64,000 nt of DNA from an uncultured Chloroflexia bacterium (GCA_963724295.1 CAVRUC010000013.1:534039-598038); one strand, 5' to 3'. Counted from the first letter of the stretch, positions 38,931-49,866 are shown. Made by a program: numbers and translations. Notes: generated by a model not told the origin, from the sequence alone.

Positions 38931-39866
38931 TCAGTCGGCGGCCTGGCCGGTCGGCCACTGCTCGATCACGCTCTCCGGGCGGGCGGTGCCGGAGCGCGGA
39001 TAACGCTCCCTGAAATCGGCGGCGATCTCCTCGAAGGTCGCCCAGCGCACCCCGTCGTGCCCGTTGATGTATTCGATCAGGCGCTCCAGCATCAGCAGCA
39101 CCTGTGGCCGGCCGGAGACATCGGGGTGGATGGTGATGGGGAAGACCGCGTAGTCATACTCGCGGTAGACCCAATCGAACTGGTCGCGCCAGATCTCCTC
39201 CAGATGACGCGGGTTGACGAATCCGTGACTATTCGGCGCCTTCTTGATGAACATCATCGGCGGCAGGTCGTCGATGTACCAGTTGGCGCCGATCTCGACC
39301 AGGTCCGTCTCCTCGCCGCGCACGAGTGGCTTCATCCACGTCTCGGCCGACTGCGAGTAGTCGATCTTCGTCCAGCTGTCTCCCACCCGCGCGTAGAAGG
39401 GATGAAAGTCGTTGTCCATGCGGCTGTGGTCGTAGGTGATGCCATTCTTGAGGAGCAGCGCCACGGTGGCCGCGCTCAGCTCCCACCACGGCGCCACGTA
39501 CCCGGTCGGACGCCGCCCGGAGAAGCGCTCGATGAGATCGATGCACTTGTTGAGGACCGTCTCTTCCTGCTCCGGCGTCATGGCGACCGGGTTCTCATGC
39601 GAATAGCCGTGCAGACCGATCTCGTGTCCGGCGTCAGCCACCATCTGCATCTGCCGGGGAAAGGTCTCGATCGAGTGGCCGGGGATGAACCAGGTCGTGC
39701 GCAGGCCATATTTGTCGAACATCTTGAGCAGGCGAGGGCTCCCGATCTCGCCGGCGAAGAGACCGCGCGTGATGTCGCAGGGCGAATCCTCACCGCCATA
39801 CGATCCCAACCAGCCAGCCACGGCGTCCACGTCGATGCCGACGGTGCAGAAGACCTCCTTCGCCAC
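38931..39866 (-). CDS. Polysaccharide deacetylase-family (CE4, HP0310/PgdA-like) amidohydrolase
   Basis: [34 protein letters not shown] start after GAGGAGG. Confidence 0.88.
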   Translation of the reverse strand: MAKEVFCTVGIDVDAVAGWLGSYGGEDSPCDITRGLFAGEIGSPRLLKMFDKYGLRTTWFIPGHSIETFPRQMQMVADAGHEIGLHGYSHENPVAMTPEQEETVLNKCIDLIERFSGRRPTGYVAPWWELSAATVALLLKNGITYDHSRMDNDFHPFYARVGDSWTKIDYSQSAETWMKPLVRGEETDLVEIGANWYIDDLPPMMFIKKAPNSHGFVNPRHLEEIWRDQFDWVYREYDYAVFPITIHPDVSGRPQVLLMLERLIEYINGHDGVRWATFEEIAADFRERYPRSGTARPESVIEQWPTGQAAD

Positions 39867-40030
39867 GTCTTCCTCCTCACTGGAATCGAGCGGCTCCGCC
39901 GCCCATGTCCGCCTCAACCGGTGACCGGCCGGCACCTTATCACCGCCCGCTGAGGCGGTCAATTCGAGTTCTACCGACGGGTTGCGTTCAGAAGCCGATC
40001 GCCATCCCACGGCTTGGCGAAGTACCAATG

Positions 40031-40097
40031 CTCCCTCTCCCTGCGCCCAGGGCCGGGTACCGGGTGCCCTCTGGGCGTGGTGACGTTGGGGTGAGGG
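40031..40097. repeat. REP-like element related to 1035-1103
   Basis: CCCTCTCCC ... GGGGTGAGGG with an internal hairpin. Confidence 0.5.
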
Positions 40098-40166
40098 TTT
40101 TCCGCGTCGATCTCTTATGATCCCGCGCCATACGCAGTACTGGCTGGAACGACAGGAGTCCATGTG

Positions 40167-41012
40167 ATGACCGACACGACCCGCTCGTTGCCCCGGGAAC
40201 CGCTCTTGCTGGCCGATCTCTCCTCGCCCGAAACGCAAGACCTGCTGCCCCACCTCGAGCTGGTGCTGCTGCCGGTCGGGGCCCACGAGCAGCACGGGCC
40301 GAACATCGCCGTCTCGACCGACACCATCAGCGCCGATGCCTTGTGCCGGGCCGCCGCCGCACTGGTGGGACCGGCGGTGGCCGTGGCCCCGGTTGTCCCC
40401 TGGGGCGTCTCCTGGCACCATCTGCGTTTCCCCGGCACCATCTCTCTCCGGCCGTCCACCCTGATCGCCGTGCTGGAGGACATCGTCGGTTCCCTCTATG
40501 GGCACGGCATGCGCCGCTTCCTGGTGGTCAACGGCCATGGCGGCAACAACGCGGCCATTACCACCGCGGTCGAGCAGATCAAGCACGACACCGGCGTGCC
40601 CTTGATCGCCTCCGTGTTCGGCTACGCCTTGATCGCCGAGCAAGCGAAGAAGCTTTTGCCTCCGGAGGCGATCGGTCACGGCGGCGGTGACGAGGCGGCC
40701 CTGGTGATGGCCGTCGAGCCGCACCGGGCCAAGCCGTCTGCCTTCGCCGCACCGCGGCCGACGGGTCGTCAGGTCGAATCGGCGGCACTCCTGCGGGCGT
40801 ACGGTGGCGTCCTCGCGCGCCGCTACGACGAGGTCACCCACAATGGAGCGACCGGCGACGCCACGTCGGCCTCGGCGGAAGCCGGCCGCCAGATCCTGGA
40901 CGGAGCCGCGCGGCGCCTGGCCGAGATCATCGAGGTCTTGCTGCGTGAGGCAGATGCGGCGGAGGAGACCCAGGCGGGAGTGAACGAGCGAGGCCGCCGG
41001 GTGGATGGTTAG
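40167..41012 (+). CDS. Creatininase/MftE-family amidohydrolase
   Basis: [29 protein letters not shown]. Confidence 0.88.
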   Translation: MTDTTRSLPREPLLLADLSSPETQDLLPHLELVLLPVGAHEQHGPNIAVSTDTISADALCRAAAALVGPAVAVAPVVPWGVSWHHLRFPGTISLRPSTLIAVLEDIVGSLYGHGMRRFLVVNGHGGNNAAITTAVEQIKHDTGVPLIASVFGYALIAEQAKKLLPPEAIGHGGGDEAALVMAVEPHRAKPSAFAAPRPTGRQVESAALLRAYGGVLARRYDEVTHNGATGDATSASAEAGRQILDGAARRLAEIIEVLLREADAAEETQAGVNERGRRVDG

Positions 41013-41086
41013 GCGATTGTGGAGCGTCGCCGGCAAGAGCATCGGTAGGGGCACGGCATGCCGTGCCCGGGCCACGAAGATCGGTA

Positions 41087-41836
41087 TCAACGAAGCGATG
41101 CGGACGCCGTCGACTCCTGCCCAACGTTCCGCGTCTGGAACCAGATGATCCCGTTGAGCACCAGCACCCACAGCGGAAAGACGACCACCAGCCAGACGTT
41201 GAGCGTTGCCACCAGAAAGAGCGCCGCGGCCACGCCGTAACTGCCAAAGACGAACCACCTCGGGAGCAGTTGCGCCTCGTGACCGAGCTTGGCGGTCGTG
41301 GTCACGAAGATCGCTGCCATCCGCATCCCGAAGATCATGAGCAGCGTCCGGCTATAGAGCGGAAACTGGCGGGCCACGGCCGGATCGACCGGGAGGTTCG
41401 CTAGCTCGACGCTACTGGCCACGATTGTGCCCGCCCCGGCCGCGGCGAAGGCGAGGGTGATGAAGCCAACGCCGCTCAACATCTGAACGGTTGCCAACAG
41501 GCGATCGATCCTGCGGGAGCTCATCTCCACTCACTGCCGCAACGCGGCAATGAACCAGAGGAAAGCGACCGCGGCCAGGGGTAGTACGTAGAGGCCGCTT
41601 AGCACGAGGCGGCGCTGGGCGCCGCTGGCATAGAAGGTCACCAGCTCCTGATTGGTTGACCGGGGGCCGGGTGTCCCGGCCAGCATCGCCAGGCCGCCGA
41701 GGAACAGGACGGCAAAGGCGATGCCCAGGACGCTCGTCAGGCGCGCGGCCGCAAGATTCCCCGATGCGGCTGCCAATCTGCAGTTTTCAGCTTCCGGCAC
41801 GTTTCGGAGATCGCCAGGAAGGATATCGCTTTCCAA
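41087..41836 (-). pseudogene. Multi-TM membrane protein interrupted by an in-frame TGA at 41531-41533
   Basis: ORFs 41531..41836 and 41087..41530 abut in the same frame (ALRQ*VEM). Confidence 0.65.
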
Positions 41837-41857
41837 GCGAATGGAGGTTCCTCGACG

Positions 41858-44347
41858 CTACAAGACCTTCGCGCCACCCGTCAGTTCGTCGGCGAGTGCG
41901 ACCGCCTCGGTAATCGCCTCTTGCAATGGAAGTGCTCGACCGGCGTCTCGGGCTGTGGTGAACGCCTCCTCTCCGAGCGCTTCCCGCATTCTCGTGATGG
42001 CATCCTCACGCGTGGCAGTAATGAGTCCCGGGAGGGCTTGAGCGTGCCCCGCCAGGGCGTCCAATGCCCCAACCAGGCGCACGGACCGCGCAAATTGGCC
42101 GAAACGGCTCCCGAGCCAGATGAGTCCGTGGAGGTTGTAGGACATACCGACTACGAAGTCCCCCTCCCAACCGAGGACCAGACCCTCGCGGTAATAGTCG
42201 GCCGCCGACACCAGTTCACCACGTGCCAGGGCCAGCTCACCCCTGAAGGCGAGCGCGGCCGATAGGACTCCCTTCGAGTCGAGAGCGCGGCCAAGGGCAA
42301 GCGCCCGTTCCAGTTGCTCCTCCGCGTGGTGGAAATCCCCTCTCATCAGGGCTAACCAGCCTTGGATCAATGCCACGAAGTTCGCCTCGAAGCTATTCGC
42401 GTCGCCGAGCGACTCGAGTAACTGCTCACTCTCAGCTATCAACGCTTCGCCCCGCGCCGGATCGCCCCCAATTCCGACCGCACCGGCGAGGTAGGCTTGC
42501 AGGAACGCCGTCTGCCGGAGGTCTCCCAACTCACGCATGAGTGCCGCCGCCTCCTCAAAGGGCTCTATGCTGCGCGCGATGTCAACGTGTTGAAATAACA
42601 CAGATCCCAGCGCCCCTAAGGCGGCGGCGGTTCCGCGCTTGTCACCTGCACTGCGGGCCAGAGCGAGGCTTTCTGAAAGCCGAGCTTCCGCGGTTCCCAT
42701 GTCGCCTTCCAGCCCGGCCAGTTCCCCGGCCCATCGCAACGCGACGATGCGGTCCCCGGCTGGCGTGTCGTCGGCGGTCGGCTGCGCCAGAAACGTCTCC
42801 AGCCACGCGCGACCCTCCGCGCTGGCACTGCGCAGACGCCAGAACCCGCCTAGGGCGGCGGCCAGTCGCAATCCGGCCCCGGTCTCCTCTCGGTCTCGCA
42901 GCCAGGTCAGGGCCACGCGCAGATTAGCCTGCTCGGCCTCCAGACGTGCGAGCCACTCCCCTGGCACCGCGGCCGCCAGGTCCGCTCCTCCCGCCTGCGC
43001 CAGTGCGACGTAGTACTGAGCATGACGATGACCGACCTGGTCCGCCTCGCCATGGATCGCCAGTCGCTCCAAACCGAACTCGCGTAGCGTCTCGAGCATC
43101 GCAAAGCGCCGCTGCCCATTCGGCTGCTCGGTAGCCTGCACCAGGCTGGCACGGGCGAGTGCTTCCAACCCTTCCAGCACGTCCAAGCCATGGCGTGCGC
43201 CACTTACCACTTCTGCCGCCTCGATCGTCCAGCCACCAGCGAAGACCGCCAGGCACCGAAACAGCGTCTGCTCCTGTGGGGCCAGCAGATCGTAGCCCCA
43301 GGCAATCGCGTCACGCATCGTGCGCTGCCGTGGCGGCAGATCCCGGTTGCCACCCGTGAGCAAGAGCAGCCGTTTCTCGAGGCGGTCCAACAGCGCATCG
43401 GGCGGCAAAACACTCGTCCATGCCGCGGCCAGCTCGATGGCGAGAGGGAGGCCGTCGAGGCGGCGACAGATGGCGGAGACAGCAGCGGCATTGTCCGATG
43501 TGAGCGCAAAGTCCGGGTTATTCGCGGTTGCGCGCTCGATGAATAGCGCGACCGCGGGGATGCGGGCCAGCACGTCAATCGACGGAAGGTGATCCGCTCC
43601 CGGCAACCGCAGGGGCATCAGCGGAAAGACGCGCTCGCCCCGCACGTGAAGTGCCTCCCGGCTCGTAATGAGAACAGACACCCGTGGACACCTGGCAAGC
43701 AGGGTGGCGACCTCCGCGGCAGCACCGAGAACCTGCTCGAAGTTGTCGAGGAGGAGCAGCGTCTGTTTCGCCGTGAGATCGCTGCAGAGCGTGTCAATGA
43801 GTCGTTGCCCGGCGCGCTCGCGCACACCGATCGCCGTGGCGATGGTAGAGAGAACCAGCGTCGCATCGGAGAGCGGCGCCAAATCGACAAAGACGACGCT
43901 CTCCCGGAATTCGCCTTGCAGGCGTGCTCCGACCTCGAGGGCGAGGCGGGTCTTCCCGCTACCTCCCGCACCAGTCAGGGTCAACAGCCGGGTTTCGCCG
44001 CTGCCCACCATGGAGGTGAGCGTCGCGACTTCCTGATCCCGGCCGAGGAGCGGAGTGAGGGGTAGCGGAAGCAAGGGACAGCCACCAGAAGCAGCATCCG
44101 CCGTGTCCGGCAGCGCCCCCGGCCGTGCCGCGGCCAGGAGCGCTTGCCGGTCCGCCGGGTCGAGCCCAAGCGCATCGGCGAGCACGCGCACGGTGGTCAG
44201 ATGTGGCGCGCGGCGTACCCCCCGTTCCAGGTCGCTGATCCCGCGCAGGCTCAATCCGGAGCGGCAGGCCAGCTCTTCCTGAGACAAGGCCGCAGTGGTT
44301 CGCAGATGTCGCAAGAGATCGGCGAACGAGGTAATGGCGCTGCTCAT
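41858..44347 (-). CDS. XRE-HTH - ATPase - TPR regulator
   Basis: LSQEELA...ISDLERG; GAGGSGKT; LLLDNFE; LDGLPLAIELAA; no C-terminal LuxR domain. Confidence 0.88.
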   Translation of the reverse strand: MSSAITSFADLLRHLRTTAALSQEELACRSGLSLRGISDLERGVRRAPHLTTVRVLADALGLDPADRQALLAAARPGALPDTADAASGGCPLLPLPLTPLLGRDQEVATLTSMVGSGETRLLTLTGAGGSGKTRLALEVGARLQGEFRESVVFVDLAPLSDATLVLSTIATAIGVRERAGQRLIDTLCSDLTAKQTLLLLDNFEQVLGAAAEVATLLARCPRVSVLITSREALHVRGERVFPLMPLRLPGADHLPSIDVLARIPAVALFIERATANNPDFALTSDNAAAVSAICRRLDGLPLAIELAAAWTSVLPPDALLDRLEKRLLLLTGGNRDLPPRQRTMRDAIAWGYDLLAPQEQTLFRCLAVFAGGWTIEAAEVVSGARHGLDVLEGLEALARASLVQATEQPNGQRRFAMLETLREFGLERLAIHGEADQVGHRHAQYYVALAQAGGADLAAAVPGEWLARLEAEQANLRVALTWLRDREETGAGLRLAAALGGFWRLRSASAEGRAWLETFLAQPTADDTPAGDRIVALRWAGELAGLEGDMGTAEARLSESLALARSAGDKRGTAAALGALGSVLFQHVDIARSIEPFEEAAALMRELGDLRQTAFLQAYLAGAVGIGGDPARGEALIAESEQLLESLGDANSFEANFVALIQGWLALMRGDFHHAEEQLERALALGRALDSKGVLSAALAFRGELALARGELVSAADYYREGLVLGWEGDFVVGMSYNLHGLIWLGSRFGQFARSVRLVGALDALAGHAQALPGLITATREDAITRMREALGEEAFTTARDAGRALPLQEAITEAVALADELTGGAKVL

Positions 44348-44438
44348 GGCGCCCCTCCAGACAACGCGGGGCAATCGACTACACACCCCGGCCGGATGAG
44401 ACCGGATAGTAGCACATGTGAGAGGAAAATTAACAAAT

Positions 44439-44468
44439 CATTGCGTGGGCATTGCGTGGGTAATGCGC
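44439..44468 (+). promoter_or_regulatory. 11-bp direct repeat CATTGCGTGGG x2 plus degenerate TAATGCGC, in the divergent promoter
   Basis: Exact tandem copies at 44439 and 44450. Confidence 0.5.
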
Positions 44469-44558
44469 GTAGTGGCGCGGCGACTCACGGCGCAGACTGG
44501 CGACTCGGGACTGTCACGCCCGAAGCGACCTGCCCCCGATGCACCCGGAGGACCGACC

Positions 44559-44909
44559 ATGGAGTTCCACGCCCTGCTCACGCTCTCGCTTCCACTCGTC
44601 GTGCAAGACGCACTGATCGTCGTCGTCGCCGGCGTTGTGCTGCTGGCAAGCCTCGCCTTCATCAACCTCGGGATCCTGCTGCCGGGCTTGCTCACGTCGC
44701 TTGGCGGGCCTCAGCCCGACCAACGCGGTGCATACCTGGAGTTCGGCCCGGCCGGCGCACCGATCATCTCTGAACCCGCGCCGCCTCGGGCAACAGATGC
44801 GCCGATGTCCGGTTCTTCGCAGACACCAACGCGACCACAGCTCCGGCACCGCCTCTGGCGCGGCATGGCTCTCCACCTGGCTCCGCCACGTGAGCCGGTC
44901 AGGCAGTAA
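44559..44909 (+). CDS. Small membrane protein with a Pro-rich tail
   Basis: RBS GGAGGA; hydrophobic N-terminal half. Confidence 0.55.
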   Translation: MEFHALLTLSLPLVVQDALIVVVAGVVLLASLAFINLGILLPGLLTSLGGPQPDQRGAYLEFGPAGAPIISEPAPPRATDAPMSGSSQTPTRPQLRHRLWRGMALHLAPPREPVRQ

Positions 44910-44931
44910 GAGGGAAGAGAGGTATCGCACC

Positions 44932-45493
44932 ATGCTTCGATCCGCCACGCATACGCCCAACGTCTCGATTGCTGAATCGGGACCGACCGGGTTCATCCAG
45001 CAGACCATCCCGTACGTGTACGCGTTCGCCCTGGGGGCTGCCCCTGTCCTGGACAGTCGCATGCCACTTGGCAGGATCGTCACCGTTGCCGTGGCCGATG
45101 GCACACGCCCTTCCCATGCTCCTGATGATCTGTTCGCCAGGCGAGTTCCTGGTATCCCGGCCGTCACTGGTCCAGTCCATGTGACCGGGGTCCGCCGGGG
45201 TGACAACCTCGAGATCGAGCTGATCGCACTCGAAGCGAACAACTCAGGATCGATCGGTCAGCTCCTCGCCACCATCGGAGTCGCAAGCGGTGACGCGAGG
45301 CGAGATGCTGGATCCAGTCCAGACCACTATCCCCGTCGGCGGATTCGTGCGAATGACGGCTCGGCAACCCGGCGGTCTGTTCCTATTCGGGCCGGTTGTT
45401 GCAAGGCGGAACCGTAACGGAGCTCCGTGCGAAGAGCCCGTGGCCGCCCGGATGATGGTCCGCTGCACGGTCGTTCAGTCTGACAGCGTTTGA
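44932..45493 (+). CDS. Shortened acetamidase/formamidase-like protein; frameshift near 45300
   Basis: VTGPVHVTGVRRGDNLEIEL and PGGLFLFG resemble FmdA/AmdA motifs. Confidence 0.5.
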
Positions 45494-45495
45494 CC

Positions 45496-45840
45496 ATGGA
45501 CGCCGTTCGCATTTCCCCCATCTGGGTTGGTTTGCTTGTCGCGTCGATCCTCTGTGACGTGGTTGCCACCGCCTATCTGAAATGGGCAGGCGACCGGTTT
45601 TCCGCCAACTTCCTTCTCGCCAACATCCTGAGCGTCGGCCTTTTCGCGCCGGCCATCGTCACCTTCGGTTACGCCTTGCGCGAGGGACCGAGCTATCTCG
45701 TGACCACCCTTGTCTGGCTGGTGGGGCTGACGGTTGGCAACACCCTGGTCGGCGTACTGGCCTTCGGCGATCCGTTCGGTCTAGCCAAAGCGGCCGGTTT
45801 GTGCGCCGCGGTGCTGGCGCTGGTACTGCTCACCGCCTGA
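45496..45840 (+). CDS. SMR/DMT-like small 4-TM transporter
   Basis: ILCDVVATAYLK; GVLAFGDP. Confidence 0.7.
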   Translation: MDAVRISPIWVGLLVASILCDVVATAYLKWAGDRFSANFLLANILSVGLFAPAIVTFGYALREGPSYLVTTLVWLVGLTVGNTLVGVLAFGDPFGLAKAAGLCAAVLALVLLTA

Positions 45841-45918
45841 CTCGCGGGCCGTCGGGCACTCGGGAAGATTCCGCGTCGTCGCGGGGCGTGGGTTCGCTCG
45901 GCTGCAAAGGGACACCTG

Positions 45919-47052
45919 ATGAACGCGGAGCTGCTGCCAACCACCATCGACCCGCCGCACGCGACTCTTCCCAGCGCTCCCGCCATCGCGACTCGGTGGC
46001 GCTGGCTCGCGATCGCCTCCGTCCTTGCGGCGGCGTGCTGCTGGGCGACGCAGGGCGTCGCCTACGATTTGATCCTCGACGGCATCCGGACCGATGGCCT
46101 GACCGTGGTGACCCTGCGGGCGATCACGGCCACCGTGCTGCTCTGGGGCTGGCTCGCGATCACCGACCGGTCAGCCCTCAAGATCCCGCGATCGGATCTC
46201 CCCGCGTTTGCCGTGCTCGGGCTCGTCGCCATCACGATCTTCTACCCGGCGCTCTTCTACGCCTACGCGTGGACGAGTGTCAGCGTCGCGAGCACGCTGC
46301 TCTACCTCGCCCCGGCGCTCGTGACCCTCGGTGCGGCCGCATTCCTGGGCGAGGCGCTGACCCGCGGCAAGAGCGTGGCGCTGGTGCTGACGTTCGTTGG
46401 TAGCGCCCTGATCGTCCAGATCACCCAGCCCGCCAACCTGACCGGCAATGCGGCGGGAATCGCGATCGGGCTCGTGGCCGCGGCCAGCTACGCCACCTAC
46501 AGCCTGCTCGGCAAACACCTGCTGCGGCGGCACCGCATGGCGACCGTCCTGGCCGCCTACCTCCTGCTCGGCACCCTGCTGCTCATTGCCCTGAAGCTGG
46601 TCGTCGCCCCGCAAACCTGGCCCGCCCCCCGGGAGGCCCTGACGATCGGGCTCTACACCGGCGTGATGACAACCCTGGTGCCGATCACGCTCTTCACCTT
46701 CGGCCTGAGCCGGCTGCCATCCGGTGACGCCACGATCCTCCTCACCTTCGAGCCAGTAGTGGCCTTTGTCCTCGCCGCCGCGGTCCTCGGGGAGTCGCTC
46801 GACACCGGCCAGTGGCTAGGGGCCGTAGCCGTTCTCGGCGGTGTTCTGCTCCTCACGATCTGCGGTCGAGCGCCTGTTCGCACTGGCAACGTCAGGCCGC
46901 GTCGCTCACATCGTGAGCCGCGACGATGCTGGATCGGCACCAGGATTGGATGCCGGCAGCCACTCCCGCTGCATCAGCCCCGATGCTTCCTCGAGTGGTC
47001 AGCCAGGGGTCGCACCCACGGTCAGTCCGTCGCGTGCCCGCTACCGAGATGA
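45919..47052 (+). CDS. EamA/DMT-family transporter (C-terminal tail uncertain)
   Basis: Two EamA repeats: LYLAP...FLGE and FEPV...LGE. Confidence 0.85.
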   Translation: MNAELLPTTIDPPHATLPSAPAIATRWRWLAIASVLAAACCWATQGVAYDLILDGIRTDGLTVVTLRAITATVLLWGWLAITDRSALKIPRSDLPAFAVLGLVAITIFYPALFYAYAWTSVSVASTLLYLAPALVTLGAAAFLGEALTRGKSVALVLTFVGSALIVQITQPANLTGNAAGIAIGLVAAASYATYSLLGKHLLRRHRMATVLAAYLLLGTLLLIALKLVVAPQTWPAPREALTIGLYTGVMTTLVPITLFTFGLSRLPSGDATILLTFEPVVAFVLAAAVLGESLDTGQWLGAVAVLGGVLLLTICGRAPVRTGNVRPRRSHREPRRCWIGTRIGCRQPLPLHQPRCFLEWSARGRTHGQSVACPLPR

Positions 47053-48365
47053 GCTGGCCGCGCATAGTCTTGCTCCTCGGGACCATGCTCCTCGGTGTGC
47101 TGGGAGGGACCGCGCTCCTCCTGGCCGTGGCGATAGAGATCCCGGCGACCGCGCGTGCGGACTCCGTCGCGGAAAATGCGGCGATTGCGCGTCGGTTCTA
47201 CGCCGCGGTCAACGATGCCGTGCGCACTGGTGACCTCTCTCTCCTGGACCAGGTGGCGGACACGACGGGAACAGGGTGCGACGTGCGCTGCCGCGTGAGC
47301 GCCCTCCATCGGCTTGCCCCGGACGTGCGGTTGCAGGTCGACGATCTGCTCGTCGACGGGGACCGGGTCGCCGTCCACCTCTCCCTCCAGGGCAATGAAC
47401 GGCCCGTCCTGCTCGGGCTCCCGCTCGAGGGCGACCTCGCGCCGTGGGGTCCGGTCGATTTCCTGCGCGTCGATGATGGCCAGATCGTCGAGGTGCAGCC
47501 GGCTGGCGACCTTCCGTCGCTCGTCGAGCCATTGGGACGCATGACGCTGGAGACGGTTCCTGCCGCTCCATACCGGCTCGGTCTCGTCCGTCTGACCCTC
47601 GAACCCAGCGCGGCAATCACAGAGTTGTCCGCGCAGGGACCGGTCTTCTTGCTCGTCGAGAGCGGAACACTGGTCGTCGACGTCGACCAGCCGTCTCGGG
47701 TCCAGAGTGCTGAAGCCGCCGGCAATCCGGGACGCGACGAGCTTCGCGCCGCCGGAGCCATCACGCTCTCTCCCGGTGAGCGGATTGCCCTTGTCGCCGG
47801 CACGGGCTACTCGCTGCGCGGCATCTGGAAACGAGCCAGCCGTCGTTCTGAGCGCCGCCGCTCTGGCGGGAGACGGGGGACCTACCGAATCGCTGGATTC
47901 GGGCGCGGTCCCTCGATGAGATCCTCTTCAATCCGGGGGAACCGGAGCTAGTGGCTCAGACAAGCGAACCCACCATATTGGCCCCCCGGCGTGCGGAGCG
48001 AATTGATCGCCTCCGGGATCATCAAGACGCGACCGGCGGAATCAGCGACACTCGAGCTGACCCGCCTTACGCTGGCGCCGAATGCGGCGCTCCCAATCCA
48101 CGATACATCAGCGGAACTGCTCGCGGTCGATACCGGCGCAGCCGTCGTTGACCTGGTCGCTGGTGATGGAGCCATGCGTTCCCGAACCCGTGCGCTGCAA
48201 GTGACAATCTGGTCCCAAGGGAGCAGCTCAGCGCGAGATTCGAGGCTGACTGAGGGTGGCGCCGCCGTGCTGCAGCCGGGATCATCCGCTGGCGTCCGCA
48301 ACGTCAGGGGTGATCCGCTCGTCCTGCTGATTCTCACGATTGAACCGGATTCCGGTCCGGCATAA
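47049..48365 (+). CDS. Membrane-anchored SnoaL-like domain plus two cupin-like domains; at least two frameshifts (~47820-47990)
   Basis: ENAAIARRFY...VDDLLVDGDRV; RLTLEP/RLTLAP repeats across ORFs 46926, 47707 and 47991. Confidence 0.55.
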
Positions 48366-48401
48366 CCGGAGCGTCAAGCGAAGAGGTTTTGCCAGGCGTT
48401 C

Positions 48402-48515
48402 TCAGAACTCGGCGTTGAGCCCCGCGTAGCGGATGGCCTCGTCCCAGTTGATATTGAGCCCGCGGGCCACATGGGGCAGCAGCTCGGTCAGCTCCATGGC
48501 ATACCAGGCGCACCA
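48402..48515 (-). repeat. Orphan gene 3'-end fragment, copy 1 (WCAWYAMELTELLPHVARGLNINWDEAIRYAGLNAEF*); att-like scar
   Basis: Homologous to 52860-53009. Confidence 0.8.
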
Positions 48516-48520
48516 CGCGG

Positions 48521-49036
48521 CTACGTCGTCCGCCGATAGTGCGAGGTCATGAACTGCTGCCAGGTCCCATCGTCGCCCAGCACGTGCGCGGTCAGCACCC
48601 GGTGGTCGTCATCCGTGAGCTCAATCACGTCCCGGTACGTCGCCATCGTCCCGTCACCCGCCATGCTGGGGCCCTCAGCCTCCAGCGTCAGCACCTGCCC
48701 CGCCGCATCCAGCGCTCCGTCGTAGACCCAGAGGTGGGTCATCATCGACCCGATCCAGGTGCCGACGTACCGCCCCTTCTGCGCGTCGTAGCCGAGGGTC
48801 ATCACCGATTGGTCGATGTCACCGTCGGGCGTTTCCCCCTCCCCCTCGGCCAGCACCCAGAGGTCCCCGAGCGAGCGCACGCGCTCCCTCCCCGTGAACG
48901 TCTCCACGGGCTGGTCTGGCCCCATCGTCGCCTCGCCGTCGAAGGTCCACGCGCCGATGAGCTTCTGCAGCCAGCGGTGTTCCTCCTGCGGGTTGGTCAT
49001 CGTCACTGGTAATTGTGGTGCCTCACTCGTCGTCAT
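48521..49036 (-). CDS. DUF1579-family protein
   Basis: PQEEHRWLQKLIGAW, YVGTWIGSM. Confidence 0.85.
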   Translation of the reverse strand: MTTSEAPQLPVTMTNPQEEHRWLQKLIGAWTFDGEATMGPDQPVETFTGRERVRSLGDLWVLAEGEGETPDGDIDQSVMTLGYDAQKGRYVGTWIGSMMTHLWVYDGALDAAGQVLTLEAEGPSMAGDGTMATYRDVIELTDDDHRVLTAHVLGDDGTWQQFMTSHYRRTT

Positions 49037-49255
49037 CGTTGCGTCTCCTTCTCGCGTGCGTGATGGCCGGCTGCGGTGCCGGGCGTCGCAGGCGGACAGA
49101 GCCCGCGCACATGTTCCTTGACCGGACCCATCCTACCGCCGAATGGGGACAGGCCGCGCCCTGAAATGGGGTCTGGGAACCGGTTTCATAACCCGAGGAC
49201 AACGTGGTGAGTGGTCCCTACGGGCGGCCAAACTTTGGACCCAATCAGGACCCCA

Positions 49256-49669
49256 CTAGGCAGCCATTGGCTCGATTTCCTGCGTGCAGAAGGGGCAGCG
49301 GGTCGCGCCGAGCTGGATCTCGGAGAGGCAGAATGGGCACTTGCCGGTGAGAGGATCCGGGGTCGGCTCTGCACGCAGCCGGGTCATCATCGCGTTCATG
49401 GGTTTGACCACCAAAAAGAAGATGGCGACGGCGATGATCAGAAATCCGATCACCGAGTTGAGGAAGGCCCCGTAGAGGATCTCACTGCCATTCAGCGTGA
49501 AACTCAGGCTGGAAAAGTCGGGCTGACCGAAGATGGCCGCAATGATCGGCGTGATAATGTTCGTGACCAGCGAGGTGACGATCGCCCCGAAGGCAGCCCC
49601 GATGACGACCGCCACCGCCAGATCGATGACGTTGCCGCGCAGGATGAACTGCTTGAACTCGGTCAGCAT
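49256..49669 (-). CDS. mscL: Large-conductance mechanosensitive channel with C-terminal CxxC..CxxC
   Basis: EFKQFILRGNVIDLAVAVVIGAAF. Confidence 0.93.
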   Translation of the reverse strand: MLTEFKQFILRGNVIDLAVAVVIGAAFGAIVTSLVTNIITPIIAAIFGQPDFSSLSFTLNGSEILYGAFLNSVIGFLIIAVAIFFLVVKPMNAMMTRLRAEPTPDPLTGKCPFCLSEIQLGATRCPFCTQEIEPMAA

Positions 49670-49866
49670 TGCTTTCTTCTCCTGGCTTCCTTCACCCTGT
49701 TCCGGGTGAGCATCCTAGCATTGGCGGCGGATGCCCGGCTGCCGGACGTCGGTTCTAATCATGAAACCTGTTCAGGGTGGGCACGGTCCGTGCACCGCAA
49801 ACACCGTCTGGATCAAGCACCTCCGTGTCCCTTGAACCACCATCTGCGATACATAGGAGCTTGCGC

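Noticed and set aside
38931..39866. PuuE allantoinase completing a purine-to-urea pathway
   Set aside because: It lacks the PuuE-type YEYGSR motif as I recall it and looks HP0310-like; no uricase or allantoicase is in the window.
40167..41012. Mycofactocin mftE
   Set aside because: No mftA-D/F genes nearby; only the family-level call is supported.
38931..41258. 775-aa ORF as a single protein
   Set aside because: The upstream part is the antisense shadow of the creatininase gene; the RBS and homology begin at GTG 39866.
41531..41533. Selenocysteine or recoded TGA
   Set aside because: Membrane-protein context where Trp (TGG) fits; all other genes use TGA as stop; no SECIS recognised.
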